64,000 nucleotides of DNA from Schizochytrium sp. TIO01 (taxonomy: Eukaryota > Protista > Bigyra: Labyrinthulomycetes). The notes below the pieces were generated by a model that worked only from the letters and a program-made list of their open reading frames with translations, did no database searches and had not been told where the DNA came from. A program made the translations under genes and the position numbers. This document shows positions 61,483 through 64,000 of the stretch, in pieces. Each line of letters begins with the position of its first letter. The first letter of the stretch is position 1. The stretch spans positions 7,174,761 to 7,238,760 of the forward strand of contig SMSO01000031.1 in NCBI GenBank assembly GCA_004764695.1, written 5' to 3'.

Positions 61483-61485
<3 letters not shown>

Positions 61486-62346
61486 TCAGTTGGCCCAACT
61501 TTTACAATTTTCCACAGAGAGCGTAGAAAGAGCAAAAGATCTCGTTGGCTTCGGTTTTCTCTTTCGAGGAGATCCGCAGTTCAAGCTTGATTGCGCGTGG
61601 TCCGTGTCATCCGTACCAAAGCCATTTCCCGACCCTCAGAAGAGCTCCTTTCGACGAGTCAAGCAGCCAGCGACTTAGTTCCTTTGATTGTTCGATTATT
61701 TGATGATTCAAGATATTATTTGACTGTTTGACTGTTGGATTGATTGATGGATTGTAAAACTGCGCTCACCTGCTGGTGCCTGGCCGATCCAGAGCGAGGC
61801 AAGTCGCTCTGCGAGTGCTCCTTCCCTCTCTCTGTACGTACTTGGCTATATTTCGATCCCTCCTTCGCGCATCCTCGCGAACAACTTGAAACGACTGATA
61901 CCTTCGTTCCCCAAATTCGCGAACCTATATCCCAGAAACGGGCCGACCCTGAGAAGGCTGCGAGCGCGCAAATAACACGCCTCGTCTCGATCCCAAACCT
62001 TGAGTGCGTTTTACAATCGAAGAGCTCTTGGGCAGAACAGAAGCGAAGAGAAGCGAAGAGAAGAGAAGAGAAGAGAAGAAGAGGGACCAACTAATCGATC
62101 GTCGCGGAGATACAAATCAGAGCACACTCCACTCCACTCAGCTCTGTCTTAGTCTGTCTTAGTCTCTCTTCGTGCACGCGTTCGAAAGGCCAGCTAGGAG
62201 GTCCCTAGGGCCCGCTAGCGAGGCGGGCTGCAGCATTATTCTGATGATGATGGCACACAGAACGATCGCAGTGGATCATTCGTTGCCGCTCGCGTGGGCT
62301 GTTATGTTAATCTACACGGCGGCCCTCTGCCCTCGAGCACGCACAG

Positions 62347-62390
62347 GAATAGAATAGAATAGAATAGAATAGAATAGAATAGAATAGAAT
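62347..62390. repeat. (GAATA)n pentamer microsatellite, about 9 copies
   Basis: Seen directly. Confidence 0.95.
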
Positions 62391-64000
62391 TGAAGAAGTT
62401 GGATTCGAAGAAGATCGATCGTTGATCGCGCTAGACATCGTTGGGCAGATCCGCTTTTCGAAAACGCGCTCCCAAAGGCGTTGCGACATGTCCACTAATG
62501 TGCAGGTACAATGATAAATAACTGACTGAGATGGGCGAGGGAAGAAGAATCGTTCTCGATCGATGGAGAGAGAGAGACATACATACCATGAAAGAAAGAA
62601 GCTTCCAGCTCGCGCAGGGTTCTTGGGAGAATACCGGGGCGCGGAGGGTGCCGCCTCACGGCCAAAGGGGGTGACCAATCGCGAGTCAGTCAAGCACTCG
62701 CTGCTGATCATACTCGAAGACGGGCGTGGACTCTCTTGATGATGTCCGCAATCTTTTCTGCAATCTGGCGCATCGGAACCCGTGCAAAGGTGCGACTATT
62801 TTCGCAACTCTAGAGCTAGCTATGGCTGGCTAGTTGGTTGACTAGGAGGCCTCTCCTATGTGTTTTGGGTAGGGGAACGTAGGACCCCGTCGCACACCCT
62901 CGTGTCGTTACAAAACTAAATTGCGCAGAATCGATGCACTTTCAAGATGATAGCGATCCCGAACTGCAAAACTGCAAGGAAAGAGTACTCCAAGTCCTGT
63001 TCATGCACATCGGCGTCCTTGATTGTGGGCACAGCCACATGCGTGGTTGCTTGGTTTATGCCCTCTATATTCTAGCGAGATCAGGGACAGCCTGTTTGAG
63101 AGTTGGAGATTCAACGATACCTTCTAGCGTGCCCGTAATCATTCCAAAGGACGCGGAGTCATTTGTCATTTCCCTCCCTAGAACTAACTACTCAGTAGGT
63201 ATCTAGACATTATGACCTCCTTCAAACGATCCTCCGTATGGGGTTCTGATCATGTAAGTTGATTTAGTTCAGGCCGTGATCTAAGTTCGTAAGATTTGCA
63301 CGGGCGAAATCCCGGCCCGCCGCGATCCCGATATCGATATCCCTAATCTTCTTGCAGTGAAGTTCCTGGCGTCGATAGTTTTCCACAAAGGTCATGAAAG
63401 CAAGCAGTTATTTTGACTTGGGCTTGTCGTGAACGAGTCCTAGTTTCGTGCTACAACCAGCCCTTCCATGAATTATACCTGAGCTCTCTTCAAGTAAGGC
63501 TCTGCTATCTTCAACGCTACGCTGGTCTCTTCTCCTTAACTGGGTGCACCTTAAGTTGCGTTCTCTTCAAGTTGCCCGTTCTTGCGCCCCGCTCTCCTCG
63601 CTTAGCGGGGCGGTAGTGCCTCTTAACAGCTGCGTTCTCTCGCCTCCTCCAAGTTCCTTCCCTCGCTGCTCTCCTCGCGCATCTTCACTCTTGTAAGTAG
63701 GAACGGCAAGGTGAATGGAATGGCTGGCTGCCTCCTCCGGGTTGGGGAAACTGGCCACGAGGTCGCCGAGAATTTCGTCAGAGGGTCTGTGAGTTCTGGA
63801 CGTCCTCACTGCTGAAGTTCTCCAGGTTGTTCTTGAGGTCGTTCTCTGCGTAGATGATTGAGTTGCCGCATTTACTACCGTCTCAGGTTTCCACTTCATT
63901 CCTTTTGTAATCGAGCCTCAGTGCTTTTTCCTTTTAGTTTCAACTTTATGATACAACTACATATGTATGTATGGAATACGAATTGCTAACTATGGCTAAT

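Overview
Eukaryotic nuclear DNA. Genes are compact and mostly intronless, one gene has three short GTAAGT..CTAAC..YAG introns, and the intergenic spacers are rich in microsatellites. This style resembles a thraustochytrid-like stramenopile, but that is inference only. Eleven protein-coding genes are supported: (1) a 5'-truncated tandem multi-repeat cyclic-nucleotide-domain K+ channel, (2) a SMYD-type SET protein, (3) a ~16.2 kb single-exon VPS13-family giant with many inserted accessory domains, (4) an 835-aa helical protein (possibly FIRRM/C1orf112-like), (5) a 4-exon mitochondrial citrate/succinate-type carrier, (6) a stand-alone SCP2, (7) an MFS transporter, (8) a C8orf82/UPF0598 homolog, (9) a VAMP7-like longin with a degenerate SNARE motif, (10) an RBBP6/Mpe1 homolog lacking its zinc knuckle, and (11) a PP2A B56 subunit with an N-terminal PH-like domain. 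The channel and VPS13 genes each carry one frameshift near the 3' end, in opposite directions, most simply explained as assembly indels. A fragmented ORF region at 32-34.5 kb may be an eroded NTPase/nuclease (Crinkler-like) pseudogene. I saw no rRNA, tRNA, CRISPR or intact transposon. The most unusual items are the domain architectures of the channel, VPS13, the PH-B56 fusion and the SNARE-degenerate longin. All family assignments are from motif recognition by eye, without database searches.
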